From contig OX597821.1 in the NCBI GenBank assembly GCA_951406725.2, positions 66,154,001-66,218,000 of the forward strand: 64,000 nucleotides of DNA. Reading direction: 5' to 3'. A program made the translations under genes and the position numbers. The notes under the pieces were generated by a model. The model did not search any database. It had not been told where the DNA came from and was given only the letters and a program-made list of their open reading frames with translations. The DNA is from Octopus vulgaris. Lineage: Eukaryota. Position 1 is the first letter of the stretch. Each line of letters starts with the position of its first letter. Shown one piece after another: positions 13,096 through 23,643 of this stretch.

Positions 13096-13111
13096 CAGCG
13101 CCCCCTGTAGG
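13096..13111. promoter_or_regulatory. Candidate CTCF-binding motif
   Basis: CAGCGCCCCCTGTAGG (reverse complement CCTACAGGGGGCGCTG) resembles the CTCF core CCASYAGRKGGCRS and sits in non-repetitive DNA. Confidence 0.3.
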
Positions 13112-13204
13112 CATGGCACAAGAAAAGAGAGAGGGGGAAAGAGGGAAATAGGGTGATTTGACAGAGATTTGGTTTCTATTGCTAGCGAATAAAGTGACAA
13201 CCAT

Positions 13205-13435
13205 GTACATTATTTACATTTGACGGATTTGTCCTCATCTTGTTTATTGTTAACACAACGTTTCGGCTGATATACTCTCCGGCCTTCATCTGGTGTCTTG
13301 GGGAAATTTCGAACCTGGGTTCTCATTCCTAAGGTGTTTTTCGATGCTTTATTATTTATTATTCAGGTCACTGCTTGGAATCGAACTCAGAATCTTGGGG
13401 TTAATAGCCCGCACTCTTAACCACTACGCCATATG
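13205..13435 (-). mobile_element. SINE family D: tRNA-like head, (AAT)n-like linker and hammerhead-containing 3' part
   Basis: Minus strand reads catatggcgtagtggttaagagtgcggg...gagttcgattcc (A and B boxes). The hammerhead motif at 13252-13297 has its core mutated to CAGAUGA. Confidence 0.85.
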
Positions 13436-13468
13436 AGAATGAGAAACCAGGTTCGAAATTTTCCCCAA

Positions 13469-13514
13469 GACACCTGATGAAGGCTGGAGGGAATATCAGC
13501 CGAAACGTTGTGTT
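13469..13514 (+). ncRNA. Minimal type-I hammerhead ribozyme motif (family D, inverted partial copy 13437-13533)
   Basis: GACAC-CUGAUGA-A-GGCUG(10-nt loop)CAGCC-GAAA-CG-UU-GUGUU. Stem I is 5 bp, stem II is 5 bp, and stem III is the palindrome AACGUU. Confidence 0.8.
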
Positions 13515-14355
13515 AACAACAAACAAAATGATGGATTAAAACCTTTCAGCGAAGAGTGTTGCAGTCTCACTCATTTGCTATAGAAACGAAGTTAAGCTCA
13601 GTCAGGCTTTATGGGTCCTGGTGCTCACAAGAGACACAAATCTAAGTAATAATTAGCAAAGGAGCTTTGTTGGTTGTCAGTCTATTTGTTTTTTTCATTA
13701 AAAATTAGTGAAAGGGGACAGGAGAGTGTCCATGTCCCTTTTCTTTTTAAAACACCACTCAGACTAATGAAAAGAATGACGCTATGTACGAACAACTAAA
13801 AGCAATATTCAGCTTGAGGATAGCGTGGGAAATGCCCATTCTGTAAAATGGTTGTGTATATTATAAAACGTATATTTATATCTCTACCCATGGGAAAAGA
13901 TCTCACCTCTCGTATCAAGACATATTTATCAATGTCAGTAAACACATCTGCTTACAGTTTCCGTAGCCGGACTACAAAAACAAAAACAAAAACAAAACAA
14001 AAATCCATTTGTGGAGAGAGTATATCGCCGAACGTAATGAAAATTGCATATTTCTGCACAAGATCGAATCGGCTTTGATTGGTTTTCAACACAATACTGT
14101 CTGAATTAATTATACAGCCGAGACTTTACAAAACAACAGAGATATAGTATATATACATATACATATATAATATATATATATATGGGATATATATATAATA
14201 TAAATATATATAATATATATGTATGTATGTGTGGGTGTTTGTATGTATATATATATGTGTGTGTAAATGTATGCGTGGGTGTTTGTATGTGTACATATAT
14301 ATATGTACACATACACACAATTACATACATATACACACAGATACATACATACACA

Positions 14356-14398
<43 letters not shown>

Positions 14399-14410
14399 AA
14401 CATACATACA

Positions 14411-14483
14411 CGCAGAGTGGTGCAGGGGAAGCGGGCTGGACACATAACCCAGAGGTCGGCAGATCGAAACTATCGATTCACTG
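14411..14483 (+). pseudogene. Initiator tRNA-Met pseudogene
   Basis: gcagagtggtgcaggggaagcgggctggacaCATaacccagaggtcggcagatcgaaactatc aligns to eukaryotic tRNAiMet, including the diagnostic GATCGAAAC T-loop. Anticodon and acceptor stems are disrupted. Confidence 0.85.
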
Positions 14484-14839
14484 TTGTTACGTATAGACAC
14501 CAGGGCGGCTGTGTGGTTGCGAAGCTTGTTTCCCAACGGTATAGTCTTAGGTTCTGTTTCACTGCACAGCATTTAGGGCAAGAATCTTCTACTATTGCCC
14601 CGAGTCAAGCAAAGCCTAGAGAGTAGATTTGGTAGACGGAAACTGAAAGAAGCCTACAATGCGTGTGTGAGTGAGCATGTATGCATGCGCGCCCCAACCG
14701 CTTGATGGCAGGTGTTAGTTTATTTACGTTCCAATAACCTAGCGGTTCAGCAAAATAACCGATAGACTAAGTACCAGGCTATATTTGAATTTCAAGACAT
14801 TTTTACAACGCGTATATATTTTCTTTGCAAATTTACGGA

Positions 14840-15117
14840 ACTTGTTTGTTCCTTTCGGATCACGCCTGGCTCATAAGGGCCGGTTTCCCGGTTTCCTTGG
14901 CGTATATGTTCCCTACCTGGATGGGACGCCGGTCCATCGCAGGTGAGCTGCGGGAGGAAAGATTGAGAGAAAGTTGTGGCGAAAGAGTCAGCAGAAGTTC
15001 GCGATGAGCTTAGGTGTTTTGCTCATAAAACACACACACATCGCCCGGTCTGAGATTCGAACCCACGATTCCTCGACCGCGAGTCCGCTACTCTAACCAC
15101 TAGGCCATGTACCTCCA
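14840..15117 (-). mobile_element. tRNA-headed SINE (family C-type head, different 3' tail)
   Basis: Minus strand tggaggtacatggcctagtggttagag...ggttcgaatc head; tail cctgcgatggaccggcgtcccatccagg...ggaacaaacaa. Confidence 0.8.
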
Positions 15118-15469
15118 TGTATCTATAGATAGATAGATACTGCGTAATACAACTATTTTCCAATATTCATCTCCGTCTCCATGAAATAAACTGAAATTGA
15201 AATATGTACCAAGATACATTTTAATTATCTCTTTTATTTGTAAATACCGCCTAGAATGTATTTTCTAGTTGTGTACTTTGCTTGTATATGGTGGCAATTT
15301 AACCAGTCTTGTTTTAAATAATAATCTCAGCGTTAATCATTTACGACAAGAGACGTAGATACGGAGGTTTTAAGTAAACCGATGCTCAACTTTTAATCTG
15401 CCGAACATGCATGGAAGGCGGGGGAAAAAAAGACATGGCTAAGAGAAATATAAAGCAGAGGAAGAAGAT

Positions 15470-15970
15470 TTAAGAAAACGAAGAAGAAGAAGGAAAGGTA
15501 GAAGAAAATGATGGGGGGGGGGGAAACCATGAAGGAAAAGACGAAGAAAACGATGAACGAAGAAGATAAGGACGAAGAAAAAGACAACGACGGCGAGGAG
15601 GAAGAAAAAGAAGAGAGCAAAAGAAGAAAAGAGAGCAAAAGAGAAGAAGACGAAGAAGAGAGCGAAAGAGGAGAAGAAGAAGAAGAAGAAGAAGAGAGCA
15701 AAAGAGAAGAAGACGAAGAAGAGAGCGAAAGAGGAGAAGAAGAAGAAGAAGAAGAAGAAGAAGAGAGCAAAAGAGAAGAAGAAGAAGAAGAAGAGAGCAA
15801 AAGAGAAGAAGACGAAGAAGAGAGCAAAAGAGAAGAAGAAAAAGAAGAAGAAGAGAGCAAAGGAAGTCGAAGAAGATAGCAAAAGAGAAGAAAAGAAGAA
15901 TAAGAAGGAAAGAAGAAAAAGAAAAGAAGAGAAAAAAAAGAGAGCAAAAGAGAAGAAGAAGAAGAAGAAA
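15470..15970. repeat. Polypurine (GAA)n tract with higher-order GAGAGCAAAAGA units
   Basis: About 500 bp that is almost entirely purine on the + strand. Confidence 0.95.
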
Positions 15971-16465
15971 ACGACGACGACAACGACGACAATATTATGC
16001 GCTACAACATCTCGCTAATGTTATAAATTTAGCGAAATATGTTTTGGTATTTCTGCCTGTGAGTCGAATATTTCGAGCCAAAAATTTAACGGATTTTTAG
16101 CTGGGATATATTTTGACTCTAATGAAAAAAATCTCACACTTTGATGAAGACGGCGATATGGGAGCTGTTGCTTGCTTTGTATATTATATTGGTAATAAAG
16201 AAAATTTAAGTTATGCTTTTACGATGTTTACTGTATATTCATTTCTAGAGGTTTATTATACATGTATAATTTAGCTTTAATATTTTGTGTTTCAATCGTT
16301 TTCTCTACATGTTATTTAAATCCTTTTTTTGTTTTTTTTTTTGTTATATATGTTTATGAAACTAATACGTTTTGTAATAACACCGTTTCCCGAGGTTGTA
16401 CACACCGACCAGAATATAAAATATGTGCGTCGAAATATATTTTGATGGATGTCTTGAGAGCATTC

Positions 16466-16498
<33 letters not shown>

Positions 16499-16524
16499 GT
16501 GTGTGTGTGTATACATGCATATAC

Positions 16525-16579
<55 letters not shown>

Positions 16580-16795
16580 GACACACACACACATACTAAT
16601 GCGTGTGTGTGTGAAGGGACCCGTTCCAAATTTTAATAACCGCTGACGTATGCCGCAAGCCATTATTTTAGTTACTAAAATAAGATAAAAAGTTTCTTGA
16701 AAAATGTTCTTATTGTGCAAATTGAATGTGACGTCTGGTTGGCAATGAGAAGTTAACTGGCTGTTTTCGTTTTTTTTTTTAAATGATAATATAAA

Positions 16796-16850
<55 letters not shown>

Positions 16851-16862
16851 ATATCTGTGTGA

Positions 16863-16892
<30 letters not shown>

Positions 16893-16893
<1 letters not shown>

Positions 16894-17224
16894 GTTCTTT
16901 TATTCTTTTAGTCATTTGACTGTGGCCATGCAGGAGCACCGGCTTTTAGTATTTGTAAGCCTAGTACTTATTCTCTCGATCTCTCTTGCCGAACCGCTAA
17001 GTTACGGGAATGTAAACACACCAACATCTGTTGTCAAGCGATGGTGGTGGTGGTGGGAGGACAGACAGATAGACACACACACACACACACACACATATGT
17101 ATATACGATGGGCTTCTTTCAGCTTCCGTCTACCAAATCTACTCCCAAGGCTTTGGTCGGCCCCGAGGCTTTAGTAGAAGACACTTGCCCAACGGTGCCA
17201 CGCAGTGGGACTGAACCCGGAACC
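16893..17224 (-). mobile_element. SINE family A, partial
   Basis: Colinear with family A, with an internal deletion and the 5' end lost. Confidence 0.82.
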
Positions 17225-17249
17225 TTATACATACATATATATATATATA

Positions 17250-17632
17250 CTAGCAGTATCGCCCGGCGTTGCTCGGGTTTGTAAGGGAAATAACTATAAA
17301 GCATTTTTAGAGAGTTATAGCCAAAAAATAGAAAAAAATGGGAAAAAAATGATGGTAAATTTTTTTTGAGAGTTAAAAAGGTCGAGTTGCGTCCCCTAGA
17401 CTGTCTGTGGTTTGTGTTTCTGATTCTTGACCCCATGTCGAATTTATCGATTTTTTTCAGAACTGGGGGAACTTTCCAAAATTTTCGCTGCGTTAGTTTT
17501 GAATTATGACATTGGGCTATGTGTGTGTCAAGTTTCATCAGAATCGGTTGAAAGCCATGGTCAGGGTGAGGGTACAACCTGACAGACACACAGACACACA
17601 CACAGACAAACTGCCGTTTATATATAGAGAGA
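17250..17632 (-). mobile_element. Non-autonomous Helitron
   Basis: Minus strand: A|TC start, GT-rich microsatellite near the 5' end, subterminal hairpin CCCGAGCAACGCCGGG, CTAG|T end, no TSD. Confidence 0.88.
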
Positions 17633-18089
17633 TAGCGTAATATACATCTTTTATCTTTAACTTGTTTCAGTCATTGAACTGCGGCCATGCTGGGGCACTG
17701 CTTTGAAGAGTGTAGTCCAACAGATCGATCCCAGTATTTGTTTTTAAGTCTGGTATGTTTATTCTATCGGGTCTCCGTTGCCAAACCACTAAGTCATGAG
17801 TACGTTAACAAACCAACAACGGTTGTCAAGCGGTGGCGCGGGACAAACAAGGACACACACATACATATATCTTTTTGAACTTTCAGTACCTCTTTTCATC
17901 CACCTGACAATCACTCCACCCGGATTACCACTGGATCTGCGTACCCTTTCGGACTCTACCACTGTGGATTTTACTGGCTACTTTCGTTAATGTATAAATC
18001 GAACTAATCTACCACGACTTCTAAACTTTCTGAACTTCGTACCTTAATACCTTGACCATTTTCTCTCTTTTTACTCTTAATCCCTACAC

Positions 18090-18605
18090 ATTTTCCGCCC
18101 GTCCCCGCCCCATTTTCTCCCAATTTTTTTTTTTTGCCACATATCCCCGTTTTCGGATACGGAATTTCGGAAAATTGCCAAAAATCGGTACTGTGAAATT
18201 TCCCCCACATCCCCCCAACTTCTTTAATTTTGACTTTTTTCCCCAACACTAACCCTAAAACCCTAACCATAAGTACAGAAATGTTTTGAAATTTTTGTCC
18301 GAATCATGATGTCCGTATTTTTCCGCATATTTAGGAAAAAAAAAAAAAAATTCCCAAAATAAAATTTTTTAAAAGATTTTTGGAAATTTTTTTCAGTATC
18401 ATAATCTCCGTATTTTTCTGCATATTTTCGAAAAAAATCGTATAAAAAGTTAAAAATGAAGGAAATAGAGGTGGAGTGGTAATTTGGAAATGTCGATTTT
18501 CCCAATTTTTTTTTGCAGATTCGTATTCCCCGTAGCCGAAAAGTGTGGGGTTGTGTCGAAAAAAAAAATTTTAAGGGTGTTTTTTTTTTGTGGGGGGGCG
18601 GAGGT
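18090..18605. mobile_element. Unclassified DNA-transposon-like fragment with internal direct repeats and CCCTAA motifs
   Basis: A ~50-bp direct repeat (about 18285-18332 and 18383-18428) and aaccctaaaaccctaacc; termini not resolved. Confidence 0.4.
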
Positions 18606-18645
18606 CTTGCCCATTTATTCTCTCATCATTTTATTCCTCTCATCC

Positions 18646-18681
18646 CTTTCTGCCGAAGAGCGTAGGCCCGAAACATCAAAG
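18646..18681 (+). ncRNA. Variant minimal hammerhead motif (A6 substituted) in a pLTR-like repeat ending in (TA)n
   Basis: CUUU-CUGCCGA-A-GAGC(GUAG)GCCC-GAAA-CA-UC-AAAG; homologous to 41395-41432. Confidence 0.5.
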
Positions 18682-18768
18682 ACATTTCCATTCTCCCTGA
18701 GCATCAAACTAATACACCTGCTTGTTGTTCCTTTGTCTGTCATCGTCTTTTGTTTTTTTGCAAATTTG

Positions 18769-18810
<42 letters not shown>

Positions 18811-19644
18811 CGGGTTTCTTTCAGTTTCTGTCTGCCAAATCCATTCACAAGGCTTTAGTAGACTCGAGGCTACGGTAGAAGACACTTGCCCAAGGTGGCA
18901 CGCAGTGGGACTGAGCTCTGAAGCATGTGGTTGGGATACAAACTTCTTACCAAACAGCCACACCTGCGCCTTTCTGTTGTCAACTAAGAAGAGAGAAAGA
19001 GGGAGAGAGAGAAAGACAGAGAGAGAGAGAGGACTATCCTCAGTAATTGATTTGCAATCGTCGATTCTAAACGGTAAAAAGAACGGAACAACTACTCAAG
19101 GCATTAGTTATTTTCCGATATGGAAAACATACGGTTTTGGTCCCTGATAAATGTGATGTCACAGTAAAGGATCAGCAGGAATTGAGAAGCCAAGTCCAAA
19201 TATATGTGCGTGGTATCATCGGATACAACGATTTTGGGGGTTTTCTTTCTAGTTCTCAATGCTCCGAGTTCAAACCCCAGCGAGGTCAGCTTTGCCTTTT
19301 ATTCATATTACTGCCATCATCGTCGTCATCATCATCATTGTCGCCCCTTGCATGGCGGTGTTTTAAAGTACAATGTATCTAGGAAAACATTGTTCAGTAT
19401 GTTTTATTGTTAATATCTGATCTGAAAGAACTCTAGCTTGTCTGTAATCACAAAAATTGTTATAAGACAGTTTCGTATTCCTCACGTTCCAAACGAATAG
19501 AAGAACAGGTGCGTAGCCTAGTGCTTAGGGGTATGGTACTCACGATCGCTATGTCGTGTGGTTTCGATTTCTGGACTAGTTATTGTGTTGTTTTCTTGAG
19601 CAAAATATGTCATTTTACGTTGGTCCAGGCCACTATATGTAACA

Positions 19645-20035
19645 GTATTAGCGACCACAATATACTTTATTGCATTGTAAAATATGGCAAATGTTTGGTG
19701 TGAGCAACTGGAGCAGCAAAACTCTAGATTCAAAAGGATACTGTTCAATACAAAGCCGACAACCTTGAGAAACCCAGATGCAATTTAGTAACCTTGATTC
19801 AGTGTCCCTTGTAACCATGCGTTTGCTCGAGAAACGAACCAATCACTAAATAGTATACAGGATCCGGTAATATATGCGCTTTCTGATAACACAACCTTCT
19901 TAGACGTCACCCTCAAGGTTAGGCTTTCTGTATTATCTGGTATTTGAAAGCAGTCGATGCAGATACCCTCTGGCAATCAGTCGCAGTTCCCAGAGAAGAT
20001 GCAGTATGAAATATTGCACCAAGAGAGATAAGCAT
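19645..20035 (+). pseudogene. Decayed Penelope-like reverse transcriptase fragment
   Basis: One frame from 19681 gives NMANVWCEQLEQQ...KPTTLRNPDAI**...LNSIQ...SDNTTFLDVTL...K...SQFPEKM. The order and spacing fit the PLE RT motifs ANLFM.xLE, KP.W.RYIDDI, FLDV and S.HP. Several stops. Confidence 0.6.
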
Positions 20036-20128
20036 CTACACATAGATATACCATACATACACACACACACACACATAGAGACATATACATGTGTGTATGC
20101 ATATATAAACATATAAACATATATACAC

Positions 20129-20161
<33 letters not shown>

Positions 20162-20174
20162 ACCATATATACAC

Positions 20175-20224
<50 letters not shown>

Positions 20225-20337
20225 ATACAACCATATAACGTCAATATTGGTAACCACACGGCCAAGCTCCATATATACACGTGTATATATGTATATATAT
20301 GTATATATAAACATACAAACTTATATACACGTGTATA

Positions 20338-20375
<38 letters not shown>

Positions 20376-20512
20376 ACGTGTGCGATCTGTTTATGGAGCT
20401 TGTTGGTGCTTTATGGGCCAGCTATAATGATACTAACCCTGACCAAAGAGAACCGTCTTTACCCTCTTCACACAACACAAATGATGGTATGTGTGTGTGT
20501 GTATACACACGC

Positions 20513-20550
<38 letters not shown>

Positions 20551-20605
20551 GCATACATACATATATGTGTACGTATATGTGCCAGTATGTATGCGTGCAT
20601 ATTTG

Positions 20606-20637
<32 letters not shown>

Positions 20638-20753
20638 GTGTTCTTCGGCAAAAGTTCACGCTGTTTCAGAAAGGAGATAAATGGTTATAAGCAACCGCCC
20701 ATACCTTCCTCGAGAGTAATATTAACAGCAGGGAATCGAAACCGGAAGGCCGA

Positions 20754-20896
20754 TTCATCTCACCGGGAGTCCGCCTTCCTTCTCTCTCTCTCTCTCTCTC
20801 TCTCTCTACGCATCTCGCAATAGCTGGCTCACGCCAGAAGTATGCATACAATCTTATATATATAATTGCGAACGAAGACTAGGCGAGGTAAGTTGT
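20754..20896. repeat. Source of a local inverted duplication (partner at 22383-22507)
   Basis: Near-identical reverse complement apart from (CT)n/(TA)n length and a few substitutions. Confidence 0.92.
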
Positions 20897-21436
20897 GAAA
20901 TGACTTAAGGTAGACGAAGCATGAAGAAATCGGTAAAACGAACGAAAGTGTACTATAAACAGTCGCGATCTGTGAAACCGGCTGACATTTTCTTGTAAGT
21001 CATAATGTTAAAATTATATTATCTAAGCATCCGTAAAACACACCAGTCGACTGGTTAGGTGGCAGTGTTGGCGATTTTTTGCTAAACTTTCTCTATTAGG
21101 CATTGCAATATTGCGGAAAGAAAAATGTCTCTTCGAGTGAAAAATATATATCATTGAAACTCATTCAGGATAATTTAATGAAATGTGTATAATGTAAGGA
21201 AACTGGGGAGGAAAGGAAGTTGAAGAGGGCAAATAAAAATAAGAAAAAGAGAGAGAGAGAGAGAGGGGGGAGGAAAATAGGAGGGAAAAGATAATAATGA
21301 AAAAAAAAAGAATAAATATTGGAGAGAAAATAATAAAAAAAAAGCTAAAGCAAAAAACGATGCTGACAAAATCAACAATGACAATAAAACATCAACAAAC
21401 ATAACGTACATAAATATACACAAATACATTATATGT

Positions 21437-21765
21437 TGTTTCTTCATTAGCCACACAGGGCTGCACACAGACAGAACAAATTACAAGGTAGAGCTTTTCT
21501 TTTGGCGTAAAAAAGAGGGGGTTGGTTTTCGATCAAAAGGGATCGTAAAAGGAAAGAAAGAGGACAAAAAAAAGGGGAGGATTTTTAAAAAAAAAGGGGG
21601 GGGGGAGAAAGAAAAGGGAAGACGAAAAAAAGAAGTTGATCAATAGGGATCGTAATCACAGAAATGTCAATAAGAAGTGTAAAGGGGAGGACAGGTGAGG
21701 TTTACCCGTGGAAAGAAAAGCCTACGGAAAAGACCACGGTAACCTCGGTCAATGAAGTCACATGT
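21437..21765 (-). mobile_element. LINE 3' UTR fragment whose tail resembles the SINE B tail
   Basis: Minus strand ends ttgtaatttgttctgtctgtgtgcagccctgtgtggctaatgaagaaaca after a pyrimidine-rich UTR. The clade (L1/Tx1-like) is an inference. Confidence 0.6.
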
Positions 21766-22256
21766 TATATTTAGACATATAGATAAGCTCGTGTACACAC
21801 ACACACGCACACATTAACACGACTGAGTGGACAAATGAAAGAAAATGGCATTCAATACGTTCGGTTGGCGGTTACATATATTATTTATTTTATAACAGAC
21901 GGATTTGGCTCCGCGTAACTTTTAAGTTTCGTAGGGTCGTTCATCGAACCTAAGTTGCATGGGGGCCGAATAAAACGTCCTGGTAACTTAGCGCTTCGGC
22001 AATAGCGACTGATAAAATAAGTACTAGGCTTACAAAGAATAAGTCCTGGAGTTTTATTTGTTCGACGAAAAGTGGTGCTCCAGCATGACCGCAGTCAAAT
22101 GACTGAAACAAATAAAAGAATAGCGCTGCAGCAACCACTGTATGTTGTAAGTCCGAGTTTTTGCGATTCTTCAATCGAAAATTTAAGTAAATTTAAGTAA
22201 ATTAAACACACGCACGGATTTATAACCAAGAGAAAAAAAAAAGTATTGAATACCGG

Positions 22257-22329
22257 TCCTCTACAAGTACAGTGGTAAGTAATACTGCTTGTCATGGGAA
22301 AGATCGGGGTTCGACTCCTCGTCGGCGAG
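22257..22329 (+). pseudogene. tRNA-Asp(GTC) pseudogene
   Basis: tcctctacaagtacagtggtaagtaatactgcttGTCatgggaaagatcggggttcgactcctcgtcggcgag aligns along its length with eukaryotic tRNA-Asp; stems are partly broken. Confidence 0.8.
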
Positions 22330-23046
22330 GCGACATACATTTAATGGAGACGCTCCAGTATGGCCACATCTTTTGGACTGCGACAACTTACCTCGCCTAG
22401 TTTTCGTTCGCAATTATATATAAGATTGTATGCATAAATCTGGCGTGAGCCAGCTATTGCGAGATGCGTTGAGAGAGAGAAGGAAGGCGGACTCCCGGTG
22501 AGACGAAAAGTGGTGCTCCAGCATGACCGCAGTCAAATGACTGAAACAAATAAAAGAACAGCGCTGCAACCACTGTATGTTTGTAAGTCCGAGTTTTTGC
22601 GATTCTTCAATCGAAAATTTACTAAATTCGAAATACTAGAAACTGTATATATCTTCTATATTTTACTTGGTTCAGTCAGTGGACTCCGGCCATGCTGGGG
22701 CACCGCTTTGAAAGATTTTTCTTGTACAAATCGTTCACAATGTGCTTTTGTCGAACCACTAAGACCTGGTCACATCACAAACCAACAACGGTAGGTATGC
22801 CGTGAGCGGGTGGGGGGAGCATACACAAACACGTGTATGTATATGTGTATATATGTGTATGTATGATATATGTGTATACATAAATTAGAAGAAATAGCTA
22901 AAATTTTTTGGCTGCTATTTCTAAAAGTTCGGTGTGTGGTAAAGTAAATTTTTTTACTGAACCCTAATTATATAACATAAATATATATATAGATATAGAT
23001 ATTTAAGTAGGTGAATGAATTATCCTAGCATGGAGAATTTGTTTAA

Positions 23047-23141
23047 CCTTATCTTTCCTGATGAGAAGATGGCATAATGCACCCTTTATTCCTTCGGAAT
23101 TAAAAGTATGCCGTCTTCGAAACATGCGTCGAGAGTAAAGG
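23047..23141 (+). ncRNA. Type-I hammerhead ribozyme with canonical core and long stem II
   Basis: CUUUC-CUGAUGA(23058-64)-GAAGAUGGCAUA...UAUGCCGUCUUC-GAAA-C(AUGC)G-UC^-GAGAG. Stem II is 12 bp; predicted cleavage after GUC at 23130. Confidence 0.88.
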
Positions 23142-23181
23142 AATTTTGTTAAAATCTTCGTTCGACTCCATTCTTTCTTTC

Positions 23182-23219
<38 letters not shown>

Positions 23220-23220
23220 T

Positions 23221-23607
23221 GTGGCATTCCGTCGGTTACGACAACAAGGGTTCCAGTTGGACCGATCAACGGAACAGCCTGCTCATGAAATTAACATGCA
23301 AGTGACTGAGCACTCCACAGACACGTGTACCCTTAACGTAGTTCTCGGTGAGATTCAGCGTGACACAAGGGTGTAACAAGACTGGCCCTTTGATATACAG
23401 GTACAGCAGAAACAGGGAGAAAGAAAGTGTGAGAGAAAGTTGTGGTGAAAGAGTACAGCAGGGTTTGCCAAACTCCCCTGCTGGAGCCTCGTTGAGCTTT
23501 AGATGTTTTTGCTCAATAAACACTCACAACGCCCGGTCTGGCAATCGAAACCGCGATCCTACGACGGCTAGTCCGTTGCCCTAACCACTGGGCCGTTGCG
23601 CCTCCAC
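23221..23607 (-). mobile_element. SINE family C, full-length
   Basis: Minus strand gtggaggcgcaacggcccagtggttagggc...ggtttcgattgcc head; 3' end gtcgtaaccgacggaatgccac. Confidence 0.88.

Positions 23608-23643
<36 letters not shown>

Noticed and set aside
15393-15992. Poly-Glu/Lys and poly-Ser ORFs
   Set aside because: They arise from a (GAA)n tract; there are no splice signals or unique coding context.
20754-22507. 1.75-kb transposon with long TIRs
   Set aside because: No TSD or transposase, and the right arm is fused by microhomology to a local duplication.
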